Source: a virus
Reading direction: 5' to 3' (one strand)
Length of the DNA stretch: 54,809 bases
Virus record (IMG/VR): IMGVR_UViG_3300045988_019169
Location: 1-54,809 of that record
The notes below the pieces were generated by a model. The model searched no databases. It had not been told where the DNA came from and was given only the letters and a program-made list of their open reading frames with translations. The translations under genes and the position numbers were made by a program. Shown piece by piece: positions 36,673-45,109 of this stretch; position 1 is the first letter of the stretch, and each line of letters opens with the position of its first letter.

Positions 36673-38466
36673 CTAAATAGGGCTTGATATAATAGAAGCT
36701 GGTCTCACCACGCCGCACCGCATTTCATTCTCGAACAATGCTATACTGTCGGGTGCGTCATCATGCTTTACTTTTCCGCTTCTTGTCATTGTTGTAAGTT
36801 CCTTCATAAACTTGTAGTACTGGCATTGCCTGTCCATTTTTCTGAAATCCCTAAAATAGTAATCACGAATAACATTGTCCCTTGCATTCTCCATTCGTGT
36901 TATCTTATTTGAGCAGTTAAACTTGAACCTTGCACTGCATCTACCACCTTGCGACTTTACAATCTCCATTACATCACGTCCGAAGTACTCTCCGGCACTG
37001 TTGCTCTCGAATGTAACGGTTTTAACATTGTGCCTAATCAGCATGTTAGCACATTCTGGTTTAGTGAACTGTGTTCCGGCATTATCGAATACCACATCTA
37101 CGATGTAAACCTCGTTGCCATACACATAGCCAATAGGCATAGCACAACTATCCTCTCCTTTATCCGCACTATCGCAAGCCGCCATAATAGCGTCCGGCTC
37201 TCTATCAACAGGAAGTTCATCAAAATAGTTAAGCTCATTCTCAGCAAACATACGTCCCTTTGCTTCATACGGCTCCTGTTGGAACTCAGCCGCCCAAGTT
37301 TCCTCTGATACAAGCTTTCGCTCCTTGCGGTAATAGTCAGTTGTGAATATTTTTCGCAAGCCTTTTTTATCCTTGCGGTATATTTCCCAGTTGCTTTCAT
37401 CGGTTATCGGGTCTAGTGCCGGAACTGCAACTTCACGCCACCGCCACCCTAATTCGTCTGCCTTATTCTGTAACGCTGTAATAGGGTCATATAAGCTGTA
37501 TTTGGTTCCTTGGATAATGATTGGTGTTCCCTCTAATCTACGTCCTAATACGTCGTCTGTGACCTTTTCGCACAGGAACTCTAATCTATCCCTGTTTCTT
37601 GCTTCTTCATGATTCTTAACGCAGTCATCAATATAAACAAGTACATTTGCTTCTGTGCAACCGACAATAGCTCCGTCAATAGGTCTGCAAGTAAAAGTAG
37701 GAAATATATTTTTACTTTTTAAGTCAATAGACAGGTTCTCGGCACTTTTGTAATCTTTTTCGCCTATCTTGACCGCCTCCGGGAATACAGTTAAGAACCT
37801 GTTGTATATGCTTTCCGTCTCAAAGCCTTGTAATAGTCCACCGTAGAAACGCTTAACAAGTCCTTCACCCTTACCAACGCCGAATATACTTCCATCAGGT
37901 TCCCTTCCGCCCATCATCATTGCAAGTCTCAGTCCACCGGTCGTTTTCCCAGTACGCTTAGGCTGCGATACCGACAGGAAATCTAATTTGCCGTCATAAA
38001 CCTCTTGATATGCCCCAACAACAGGCTGTAATACCTTGCGCCTTGGGAAGTAAAACCGCTTGAATGGGTCTTTCTCGTCAATCTCGATATAGCTAAAAAA
38101 GCTGTCAACCAAGTACGGCGATTCGCACCTTAGAACCTCATAATAGCTATCAAGTGTCTTGAAGTTTGTGCTATTTTCACCGCAATATATCTCCAAGTCG
38201 GGTATATGCCATCCGTTGGTCGATTCGCAGACCAAAGCATCTATTAAATTTTTAGTTTTTTGGGAAATTTCCAGTGAAAAAGGTACGTCTTTATCTTTAG
38301 ACATACCCCATTTGATGGATTCTACATAGGCTTGAATAACAATGTCAGTTTCTTTGTCTCTGACAATGTTATGTATTCCTTTTCGCTCTATGTAGTTGTT
38401 GTTATTCTGGAATTGCTTAATCAATTCAAGACTTGCCAAAAGAAAAAGCACCTCGCTTTCTCGCAA
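36673..38466 (-). CDS. terminase large subunit (TTG start as tracked; true start uncertain)
   Basis: Walker A SQPKRTGKTTGG; C-terminal nuclease region. Confidence 0.9.
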   Translation of the reverse strand: MRESEVLFLLASLELIKQFQNNNNYIERKGIHNIVRDKETDIVIQAYVESIKWGMSKDKDVPFSLEISQKTKNLIDALVCESTNGWHIPDLEIYCGENSTNFKTLDSYYEVLRCESPYLVDSFFSYIEIDEKDPFKRFYFPRRKVLQPVVGAYQEVYDGKLDFLSVSQPKRTGKTTGGLRLAMMMGGREPDGSIFGVGKGEGLVKRFYGGLLQGFETESIYNRFLTVFPEAVKIGEKDYKSAENLSIDLKSKNIFPTFTCRPIDGAIVGCTEANVLVYIDDCVKNHEEARNRDRLEFLCEKVTDDVLGRRLEGTPIIIQGTKYSLYDPITALQNKADELGWRWREVAVPALDPITDESNWEIYRKDKKGLRKIFTTDYYRKERKLVSEETWAAEFQQEPYEAKGRMFAENELNYFDELPVDREPDAIMAACDSADKGEDSCAMPIGYVYGNEVYIVDVVFDNAGTQFTKPECANMLIRHNVKTVTFESNSAGEYFGRDVMEIVKSQGGRCSARFKFNCSNKITRMENARDNVIRDYYFRDFRKMDRQCQYYKFMKELTTMTRSGKVKHDDAPDSIALFENEMRCGVVRPASIISSPI

Positions 38467-38492
38467 AGGTGCTTATAGACCTCTGCCTATAA

Positions 38493-38512
38493 TTGTTTTA
38501 GGTTAGCGACTA
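38493..38512. repeat. direct repeat TTGTTTTAGGTTAGCGACTA, copy 1
   Basis: 19/20 identical to 38629-38648. Confidence 0.85.
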
Positions 38513-38628
38513 CAATCAATCTGTAGCCGGTAATATGCGTAGTCAGTAGTAAAAGCTATCCTTAGCACACCAATATTGTACGCACCTCTTAGTGTTTCGG
38601 AAATTATTTAAAGACTATTTTCTTCGTC

Positions 38629-38648
38629 TTGTTTTAGGGTAGCGACTA
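38629..38648. repeat. direct repeat TTGTTTTAGGGTAGCGACTA, copy 2
   Basis: 19/20 identical to 38493-38512. Confidence 0.85.
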
Positions 38649-38728
38649 ACTCCGTTTCATTTCGTTTCTTTTCCTGTGAACTATTTCTGCACCGCACCTA
38701 TCGCAAGTGTGCCATTCTTTCTGGTGTT

Positions 38729-38953
38729 TCATTCTTCCACCAACTTTCTACCACACATAGGACAAAATTGTATGTCTAGCGCACCCGGTCCGTACTCGTT
38801 AGCACTATTCGTAAAAACAAGGGCATTCTTATTCATAATTTTTCTGATTTCTATTGCATCACCAGACGGCACTATATCTTCGTCCTCTTTTGGTAAAAAA
38901 TCCCAGTCCGGCAATCCAATTCCTATGTCTTTGCAAAATTCGCACATACGCAC
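38729..38953 (-). CDS. zinc-ribbon protein
   Basis: MCEFCKD..QFCPMCGRKL. Confidence 0.5.
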   Translation of the reverse strand: MRMCEFCKDIGIGLPDWDFLPKEDEDIVPSGDAIEIRKIMNKNALVFTNSANEYGPGALDIQFCPMCGRKLVEE

Positions 38954-39002
38954 ACCTCAAATCCTCGTAAAAATGTCTAAATCATAGTTATCTCTGATAT
39001 GG

Positions 39003-39206
39003 TTAACAACTTCTTGCAATTCGCTCAAACTCATTCACCTCATTCCTTATCAGCTCACCTATGAACTCACAGTTGCCGTACTTTTTACCGAGTTCACTTG
39101 CTTCTTGGATTATGCTGTTCCAGAGTTTATCATCAGCAAAGCTTATCTTGTCGATGTACTTCTTGTGAAATGTCCATATATCTCTATACATGCCAAAATA
39201 GTCCAT
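39003..39206 (-). CDS. hypothetical protein
   Basis: Start at MDYFGMYRDIW after a GGAGG Shine-Dalgarno. Confidence 0.5.
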   Translation of the reverse strand: MDYFGMYRDIWTFHKKYIDKISFADDKLWNSIIQEASELGKKYGNCEFIGELIRNEVNEFERIARSC

Positions 39207-39276
39207 TGCAGTCCTCCGTAATTCAGTGTCAATACTGAAAGATTGATGCGGTGTGGATTTGCACCACACATGAAAT

Positions 39277-39840
39277 TCAGACTTTACGTCCTATATGTTC
39301 AACATCGGTCTTATCATTTTTACTTAAGTTGCATTTAGGACAAGACAATGCTAAATTTTCAAATTCATTTCCTCCACCCTTAGAAAGTGGTATTTTGTGG
39401 TCTATATGATATTTTTCAATACAATTTTTCCCACAATAAGCACATTTACCGTCATATTTTTTAATTATTCTAGTAATAACATCAGATGTTATTTTGCTTT
39501 TAGCATCTGCATTTCTTTTTAGAAGTCTCCTGTTTAAATCTCTTGCTCTCTTTTTTCTCTTTGATTCATCACTAGAATAATATTTCGGATTATAAGGCTT
39601 ATACTTTCTTATTAAGCCAGTTTTTATTTGATATTCAAGTACTTTTTCATACTTCTTTTTAGGATTTTTAATGTACGCATTATGGTCTCTCTTAGAAGTG
39701 CAAATTTTGCAACTACTATAATAACCATCCGATTTCGTTCTATCTTTCCTAAAATCTGATAGTGGCAAGAGGCTATTACACTTTGTGCAGATTTTCATTT
39801 CTGCACCATTTTTAAATATGTGTTCTATCTTCTTTGCCAT
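39277..39840 (-). CDS. HNH endonuclease (packaging-associated type)
   Basis: YHIDHKIPLSKGGGNEFENLALSCPKCNLSKNDK; near the terminase. Confidence 0.85.
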   Translation of the reverse strand: MAKKIEHIFKNGAEMKICTKCNSLLPLSDFRKDRTKSDGYYSSCKICTSKRDHNAYIKNPKKKYEKVLEYQIKTGLIRKYKPYNPKYYSSDESKRKKRARDLNRRLLKRNADAKSKITSDVITRIIKKYDGKCAYCGKNCIEKYHIDHKIPLSKGGGNEFENLALSCPKCNLSKNDKTDVEHIGRKV

Positions 39841-39942
39841 ATAAGGTCTCCTCTTCCGCCACACATCAACTCACATACTGGTTGGTTTTAGGAAAATACA
39901 GATAGCCAACAACTATATTTCCATTTCGCTTGTATGTGAAAA

Positions 39943-40025
39943 CGCCAACAACAGGATTTGAACCTGTACAACATTTCTGTTGGACGGCTTAGCAAGCCGC
40001 TGTGATACCATTACACCATGTTGGC
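39943..40025 (-). tRNA. tRNA-Ser (anticodon GCT), class II with long variable arm
   Basis: GCCAACA..GCGGC TTGCTAA GCCGT..CAACAGAAATGTTG..CAGGTTCAAATCCTG TGTTGGC G folded by hand. Confidence 0.8.
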
Positions 40026-40172
40026 AAATTGGTGTGTGGCAAAATCAAGCTGCACATGGACTGGTTTCTGAAAGCTGTTTGTTGCTAATTACGGACGTCT
40101 CCCGCCTATTACTTGGCAAACATGCTACCAATCAACTTCTTTGTTTGCGTTACGCTATTTACCGCACACCAA
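40026..40172 (-). ncRNA. candidate structured spacer RNA closed by TTGGTGTG/CACACCAA
   Basis: 8-bp terminal helix encloses the entire 147-nt tRNA spacer. Confidence 0.25.
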
Positions 40173-40245
40173 CTGGCAAGGTGGGGATTGAACCCACGAC
40201 ACATCGGTTAACAGCCGATTGCTCTACCAACTGAGCTACATGCCA
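40173..40245 (-). tRNA. tRNA-Asn (anticodon GTT)
   Basis: TGGCATG TA GCTCAGTTGGTAGAGC..ATCGG CTGTTAA CCGAT..GTGGGTTCAATCCCCAC CTTGCCA G. Confidence 0.85.
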
Positions 40246-40264
40246 ATAGACAATTATGCCTAAA

Positions 40265-40336
40265 TGACGCATGGGAGAATCGAACTCACGTCTCCGCCTT
40301 GAAGGGGCGGTGTCTTAACCACTTGACTAATGCGCC
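40265..40336 (-). tRNA. tRNA-Glu-like (anticodon TTC) with C33 and one T-stem mismatch
   Basis: GGCGCAT..GTCAAGTGGTTAAGAC A CCGCC CCTTCAA GGCGG..TTCGATT..ATGCGTC A. Confidence 0.65.
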
Positions 40337-40429
40337 ATGTCCGCTCTTTGTTTTACTTGCCGAGCGGCGGCAAGGCTACACGAAAATTGAATCAAAAAGG
40401 GGTATTGCTTTGCACCTCATTCGAGGCAG

Positions 40430-40503
40430 TCGGAATAGCAGGATTTGAACCTACGACCTCTCCGTCCCAAGCGGAGCGTTCTGCCAAACTGAACTATATT
40501 CCG
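40430..40503 (-). tRNA. tRNA-Pro (anticodon TGG)
   Basis: CGGAATA TA GTTCAGTTTGGCAGAAC G CTCCG CTTGGGA CGGAG..GTAGGTTCAAATCCTGC TATTCCG A. Confidence 0.85.
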
Positions 40504-40731
40504 TAAGTGCAGACTGGGCGACAGCGAGAATCAGCAGCGTCGCAAGCTTCCCGGCTTATGTTGTCCGCACTGTTGCTATTCTTTTAGCGTGTTATGGAGC
40601 GCCGGGTAACTACAGCAACAAAACCCGAAAACCTATCGAGCCTTGTGACGGCTCTTAACAGCATTCCGCTAATAGGTGGAGTTTATGAAACAACATGACT
40701 TAAAAGTCCGATGGTCATTTGCATGACCAAA
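40504..40731 (-). ncRNA. candidate structured RNA in the 228-nt tRNA spacer
   Basis: GGTCAT GCAA ATGACC hairpin, GAGCC/GGCTC hairpin, and crossing helices TGTTGCT..CCCGGC..AGCAACA..GCCGGG. Confidence 0.3.
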
Positions 40732-40803
40732 CTGGGCTAGTCGGATTCGAACCGACGAATACAGCAGTCAAAGTGCTGTGCCTTACCGCTTGACGATAGC
40801 CCG
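40732..40803 (-). tRNA. tRNA-Gln (anticodon TTG)
   Basis: CGGGCTA TC GTCAAGCGGTAAGGC A CAGCA CTTTGAC TGCTG..GTCGGTTCGAATCCGAC TAGCCCA G. Confidence 0.85.
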
Positions 40804-40920
40804 AAAAATTACATGTCTTTAAACATCTACATAAGTGCCCTTATGGCTATGGCAAAAATCATTATGAGCACTATTATTATGCCGATTATAAATATCCCTA
40901 AAGCTGTCAGACCGAGAAAT

Positions 40921-41097
40921 CTAATTATCCCCATTGCCTTTATCATGCCTTTCCTTGTGTTTAAATTGACATCTAAGCATATCTGCCACATGCTCACGCT
41001 CTGTGCCTATGCCGTGACCTTTGAGAAATAGAACACACTCAAATATGTTACCGCAACGCGAGCACTCATCATTTATCTCTCTGCCTTGATATTTCAT
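40921..41097 (-). CDS. candidate 58-aa ORF
   Basis: MKYQGREINDECSRCGNIFECVLFLKGHGIG.. Confidence 0.3.
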   Translation of the reverse strand: MKYQGREINDECSRCGNIFECVLFLKGHGIGTEREHVADMLRCQFKHKERHDKGNGDN

Positions 41098-41261
41098 TCA
41101 ACGACCTCTTTATTGCCTCATCTAAGGCTTTTTTGACTGTCTAGCACCTAAGTTCATGCCGAAACTGATTACCCTGATTAAAACCGATATACCGATTGCC
41201 ACGAAGCACCATGTAGGAGCTTCAAGCATACATAAAATTCCAAATACTACCAAATCCGTTA

Positions 41262-41636
41262 TCATATATCGCCCTCCTGCCTGTGATTAGCCCTGTAAGC
41301 GTCAAAGCCTTGTGGATATCTTGCCCTGAGCTTGTCAACATTCATCTGCATGACTTCATCAAGCGTGAAGTTGCACGCATCAGCTATCATCGCTAAGTAC
41401 CACATCACATCGCCGCACTCTTTCTTCAAGTGTTCAAGGTCTATGCCGTTTTCGTGGAATATGCCCTTCTTGATAAGGTCTGAGACTTCCCCAGCCTCAC
41501 CAGTAAGCCCTAATGCTCCGTTAAGCAACTGTGATACCGATATGTCACCCTGATTTGCGATTGCGTCCTCTAAACGCAATCTATTAAGTCCATCGTTGGT
41601 TCTCATCGCCAACTGCTGATATTCGTTACCTCTCAT
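41262..41636 (-). CDS. mazG: MazG-like nucleotide pyrophosphohydrolase
   Basis: YQQLAMRT..GLTGEAGEVSDLIKK..ECGDVMWYLAMIA..VMQMNVDKLRARYP. Confidence 0.85.
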   Translation of the reverse strand: MRGNEYQQLAMRTNDGLNRLRLEDAIANQGDISVSQLLNGALGLTGEAGEVSDLIKKGIFHENGIDLEHLKKECGDVMWYLAMIADACNFTLDEVMQMNVDKLRARYPQGFDAYRANHRQEGDI

Positions 41637-42355
41637 CTTGCTACTCCTCCGATTAAAAGTCTGAAAGTCTCCTTGCCTTTTACGGTTACATAAGTCTGAA
41701 CATTTGAATAACCAAAAGGTGTTGAAAAATCTTTCAACTGGAACAATCCGTCTTTACGATACTTCTCATAAGGCTTCAATGAATTGTGCTTATCTCGGTA
41801 CAAATAGCCATTTTCCACAAGCCATTGTGTGAACTGCTGTGGCGGAATGTGTAACTCTTTTGCCGTGTCTCTGAAAGTTGTTAAAAGCTTGCTATCCACA
41901 AGGTTGTCAAAATATTCTGCTTTAGGCTTCATCTCGATAATCTTTGCTTCTTTTTCTGCAATAATCTTATTCGCAACTATCAAAGCATTAGCTACTATCT
42001 GCTCGGGTGTAAGTTTTTCCTGATTAGCTATGTAACCGCCGTTCTTGCGGATGGATGTAAGAACCTCAGATGTAACCCATTTCTTAAAGTCCTTTGCTTT
42101 TTCTAATTTGCTGCTAAAAATCAGAGAATATAGTCCACTTTCATTTACAACAACCATCTGCTGAACACCAGAGGGTGTGCTTACAGAGCAGAGCCTTTTA
42201 TCTTCTTCGTCAACATTATGTCTTGTTGCTGAATACAAGTCTTTATACTCTAATGCTTTTGCTACATCATTTCCTACGAACCACGGCTCATTATCAATCA
42301 CAACCGTTCTAATTGCCCCAAATTCAGGGTTTTCAAAAATCTTTAACTCATTCAT
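41633..42355 (-). CDS. antirepressor (Bro-N plus KilAC/ANT)
   Basis: LKIFENPEFGAIRTVVIDNEPWFVGNDVAKALEY..GLYSLIFSSKL..FKKWV. Confidence 0.85.
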   Translation of the reverse strand: MNELKIFENPEFGAIRTVVIDNEPWFVGNDVAKALEYKDLYSATRHNVDEEDKRLCSVSTPSGVQQMVVVNESGLYSLIFSSKLEKAKDFKKWVTSEVLTSIRKNGGYIANQEKLTPEQIVANALIVANKIIAEKEAKIIEMKPKAEYFDNLVDSKLLTTFRDTAKELHIPPQQFTQWLVENGYLYRDKHNSLKPYEKYRKDGLFQLKDFSTPFGYSNVQTYVTVKGKETFRLLIGGVAR

Positions 42356-42726
42356 TGCTTATACCTGCCTTTTCGATATTTGCCTTATTGTGAATGGCAT
42401 AGAAGCTGTTAAGGCTTACAGCTTGTTGGGAGCTACCCTATCTATGCCATGGCTTTTTATTTTTGTCGGAGTTTTCGGGACTTAGAGGGGGCGTATCCGG
42501 CAATCATATAACCCCTACCCGGGCTGGTCCCGTGCCATCAGTCTGTTTATACACAATTCTCAAACAATTCATACAATAGCGTTATCATTCTATTTTGTTC
42601 TGCTCAACTATTCGTTAAACCTAACTTTTGCGAATAGTTTACGTTAAGCCACATATCCGCAAACCCTTATAAATAGGGCATTTATGAATTGTATAAAATT
42701 GTGTGAAAACTCAATGTGATAAAACA

Positions 42727-43356
42727 TCAATTATTACTGTCAATCACGGAGCCATTATCGGACAACTCAAGCGGTTTTGGCTGCTGACCAAGCTGTATTA
42801 AGGCATCAGCTCCAAGGGCTTCTCTCTCCGTTCTCTCCGCTCTAGCTCCCGGCATATTCCAGCCGTGGTATCTGTTTAACTTAGGCAACACCTTCATAGG
42901 ATTGAGCCGTCTATCCTTCATCAAGTTAAATAGACTCTCCTCGTTATCTTCGGCTATTTTTTTAGCTAAATCGGAACGCTGAGAGCTAAGTGCACCGTTC
43001 GACCAGTCATACAGCGTCTGTCTATTAATACCCGACATATCAAGAAAGCCCTTAATAGTCACCTCTTGACAATGACTATTGCAGAGACGCTTATATATAT
43101 AATTATAAACATATTCAACCTTGTCTATATCGTACTCATTATGAATACCGTCTACTTTTTTAAGTACTTTATTGCATGGGGTAAATAGTAATATGTTTAA
43201 TTCGGTAATTATGTCAGCCCATATAGACGGAAATATATCATTTTCATCAATGTTATGTCTATCACAGTAGTTAGTGACTATATCACTAGCTACAATTCTC
43301 ATGTCATCAACAGTCCTGATTGTCTGAACATCATAACCGTTATTATCGTCACGCAT
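42727..43356 (-). CDS. possible terminase small subunit / DNA-binding packaging protein
   Basis: First gene after the conserved late element; ..INRQTLYDWS.. HTH-like; LMKDRRLNPMKVLPKLNRYHGW. Confidence 0.35.
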   Translation of the reverse strand: MRDDNNGYDVQTIRTVDDMRIVASDIVTNYCDRHNIDENDIFPSIWADIITELNILLFTPCNKVLKKVDGIHNEYDIDKVEYVYNYIYKRLCNSHCQEVTIKGFLDMSGINRQTLYDWSNGALSSQRSDLAKKIAEDNEESLFNLMKDRRLNPMKVLPKLNRYHGWNMPGARAERTEREALGADALIQLGQQPKPLELSDNGSVIDSNN

Positions 43357-43559
43357 AATATAATCACCTCCAAATCATAATCTCTTTATCTCTCACACAT
43401 GAGATTATCATATCACATGATTGGTGACATGACTATATACATAAAGTATATAAAATATAACTTTGGGGTATTTATGGATAGTACTTTGGTACTAATCGCA
43501 TATACAGTATATAATTATATACGTTTTTTAAAAAACTGATTATTTATTTACACATTCTC

Positions 43560-43637
43560 ATTAATCTTACCTTGTCTAATCTTATCTAATCTTCTCTAGG
43601 CTACACTTTGTTGACAGTTTGTATACGGATTTTACTA
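43560..43637 (-). promoter_or_regulatory. conserved late-region element, copy B (homologous to 20777-20849)
   Basis: See copy A. Contains TAGATAAGA-type repeats on the - strand. Confidence 0.5.
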
Positions 43638-43815
43638 CGTTAATGTAATGATGTAGATTGTGTCCATGTGCCCGGCAGCCCTATATATTAATAAATATAA
43701 TATAAGGGCTCAGGCTCTTAATCTATGACAGTAAATTTTATAATAATATACGATACATAAATAACTTAAAGACATGGGATTAAATAAGATACATTGTTAA
43801 GATATTAACAGAACG

Positions 43816-43849
43816 ACAAAAAGACCATATAACCGATTGTTATTGGTCT
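43816..43849 (-). terminator. intrinsic terminator
   Basis: AGACCA/TGGTCT stem followed by TTTTGT on the - strand. Confidence 0.5.
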
Positions 43850-43947
43850 AAAAATATAAATGTGTGAGATTATTTAATTATTATTATAATAATATCGAAT
43901 TAACTATTTGTCAATGCTTAAAAAACATCAATATGATTTGTGATACG

Positions 43948-43976
43948 TTGACAATGTGCCGCCGATGGTGTATGCT
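43948..43976 (+). promoter_or_regulatory. orphan sigma-70-type promoter (TTGACA, 17 nt spacer, TATGCT)
   Basis: Read directly. Confidence 0.5.
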
Positions 43977-43982
43977 GAATGG

Positions 43983-44127
43983 AGCCGTGAAGCGTTGACC
44001 GTTAATGTCGCTTGGTATCGTTGTTAAATCGGTCGTGACTTGGCAGGAGCCATTATTATTTAATTTAATAGGCACTTTACGGCATGAAAATAGCCCCGGA
44101 ACGATTACCTCGCCGGGGCTTGTTTTT
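43983..44127 (+). ncRNA. candidate sRNA of about 145 nt bounded by a promoter and a terminator
   Basis: No Shine-Dalgarno-preceded ORF; relatively GC-rich island in an AT-rich spacer; ends at the hairpin 44092-44120 plus T-run. Confidence 0.3.
44092..44127. terminator. bidirectional terminator
   Basis: AGCCCCGG/CCGGGGCT stem followed by TGTTTTTAT. Confidence 0.75.
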
Positions 44128-44128
44128 A

Positions 44129-44440
44129 TCATTCGCCATATCCTGCTAGCCACTCACTTACTGAGGCATGAGCTTCTTCTACGGCTCGGTGGTCTTCTTC
44201 AAGCTCTTCACGCGACAGGCATATATTGTCTAGCCCTGCCACATGTCTCAGGTCAGCAAGTATCAGTTGATACTGCTGATTTGCCTTGTCGGACATTGTG
44301 AGAAGTTCCTGCTCGTCTCTCGTCAATCCGACTGTGAACTTCTTGTGTATCAAGTCCCCTACTTGCTGTTTAAGTGGAGCCTGCTCCTTCTCCAGCACCT
44401 CAACCGCGATAATGTATTTCGCTAACTCCGTTATGTTCAT
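44129..44440 (-). CDS. hypothetical protein
   Basis: ORF followed by a terminator. Confidence 0.55.
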   Translation of the reverse strand: MNITELAKYIIAVEVLEKEQAPLKQQVGDLIHKKFTVGLTRDEQELLTMSDKANQQYQLILADLRHVAGLDNICLSREELEEDHRAVEEAHASVSEWLAGYGE

Positions 44441-44462
44441 AATTCATTCCTCCTAAATTTTT

Positions 44463-44603
44463 TTAATAGCATGGTGATTCAATTGTATAATTGCCTTCAC
44501 CATATTCCTCATCTGCAAATTCTTTAGCTTCTGCATAACTTGGAAAATCCTGTGGCATTTCTCCTTCTTCCTTTGGAAATACTGTTACAAAATATTCACT
44601 CAT
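44463..44603 (-). CDS. small acidic protein (46 aa)
   Basis: MSEYFVTVFPKEEGEMPQDFPSYAEAKEFADEEYGEGNYTIESPCY. Confidence 0.4.
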   Translation of the reverse strand: MSEYFVTVFPKEEGEMPQDFPSYAEAKEFADEEYGEGNYTIESPCY

Positions 44604-44646
44604 AATTTATGTTCTCCCTTCCGACATCATTATAATAGCATATCTC

Positions 44647-44666
44647 TATCACTTTTGCAAGTGATA
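44647..44666. promoter_or_regulatory. perfect palindrome TATCACTT-TTGC-AAGTGATA (operator candidate)
   Basis: The AAGTGATA half-site recurs at 44991-44998 and 45023-45030. Confidence 0.55.
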
Positions 44667-44669
44667 TTT

Positions 44670-44918
44670 TTAATTTTTTGAAAAAACTTTTAATTTCTTC
44701 TCGCGCTCCTCCGCTGTCTCTTCATATATAAATATGTCTTTCGGCTGCAAGTCCAGTATCAGGCATAGATTATTAAGCGTCGTTAAGTTAATTCCTGTAT
44801 CTTCATTCTTAATCTTCCTTAATGCGTCTTGGCTTATCAGCCCGGTTGTTTTGGCTTTGTACGTGTTGAAGCCGGCACGTTCCAAGGCATCACCCACGTT
44901 GAATTTATATTTAAGCAT
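44670..44918 (-). CDS. XRE-family HTH regulator
   Basis: FNVGDALERAGFNTYKAKTTGLISQDALRKIKN. Confidence 0.75.
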   Translation of the reverse strand: MLKYKFNVGDALERAGFNTYKAKTTGLISQDALRKIKNEDTGINLTTLNNLCLILDLQPKDIFIYEETAEEREKKLKVFSKN

Positions 44919-45005
44919 CCCATCACCTCCTTGTTGTGTTTTTAATATATGGCAGTTTTAAAAAAAAGTCAATAAAAATATTTCTAAAAAAAGTGATAAA
45001 ACCTA

Positions 45006-45037
45006 TTGACTATAACTTATAAAAGTGATATTATAAT
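45006..45037 (+). promoter_or_regulatory. promoter of the + strand cassette (TTGACT, 17 nt spacer, TATTAT/TATAAT), overlapped by an AAGTGATA site
   Basis: Read directly. Confidence 0.55.
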
Positions 45038-45109
45038 ATCAACGAAAGGGAAATAGAACAGATACAGAACATGTGTTTGTTGTACCCAAAAACAAGGAGG
45101 TAGTCAATT

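Noticed and set aside
39980-40234. 84-aa + strand ORF
   Set aside because: It lies antisense across the tRNA-Ser/tRNA-Asn region, which the tRNA genes explain.
42480-42560. Hammerhead-ribozyme-like CUGAUG..GAAA spacing on the - strand
   Set aside because: The core reads CUGAUGGCAC rather than CUGAUGA. Three extra nucleotides precede the stem and A9 is missing. No matching stem I/III or cleavage triplet was found.
43911-44153. 80-aa - strand ORF and 98-aa + strand ORF (44005-44301)
   Set aside because: Both run through a strong terminator hairpin (44092-44120), lack Shine-Dalgarno sequences and overlap the real gene 44129-44440. The region is better explained as a small non-coding unit.
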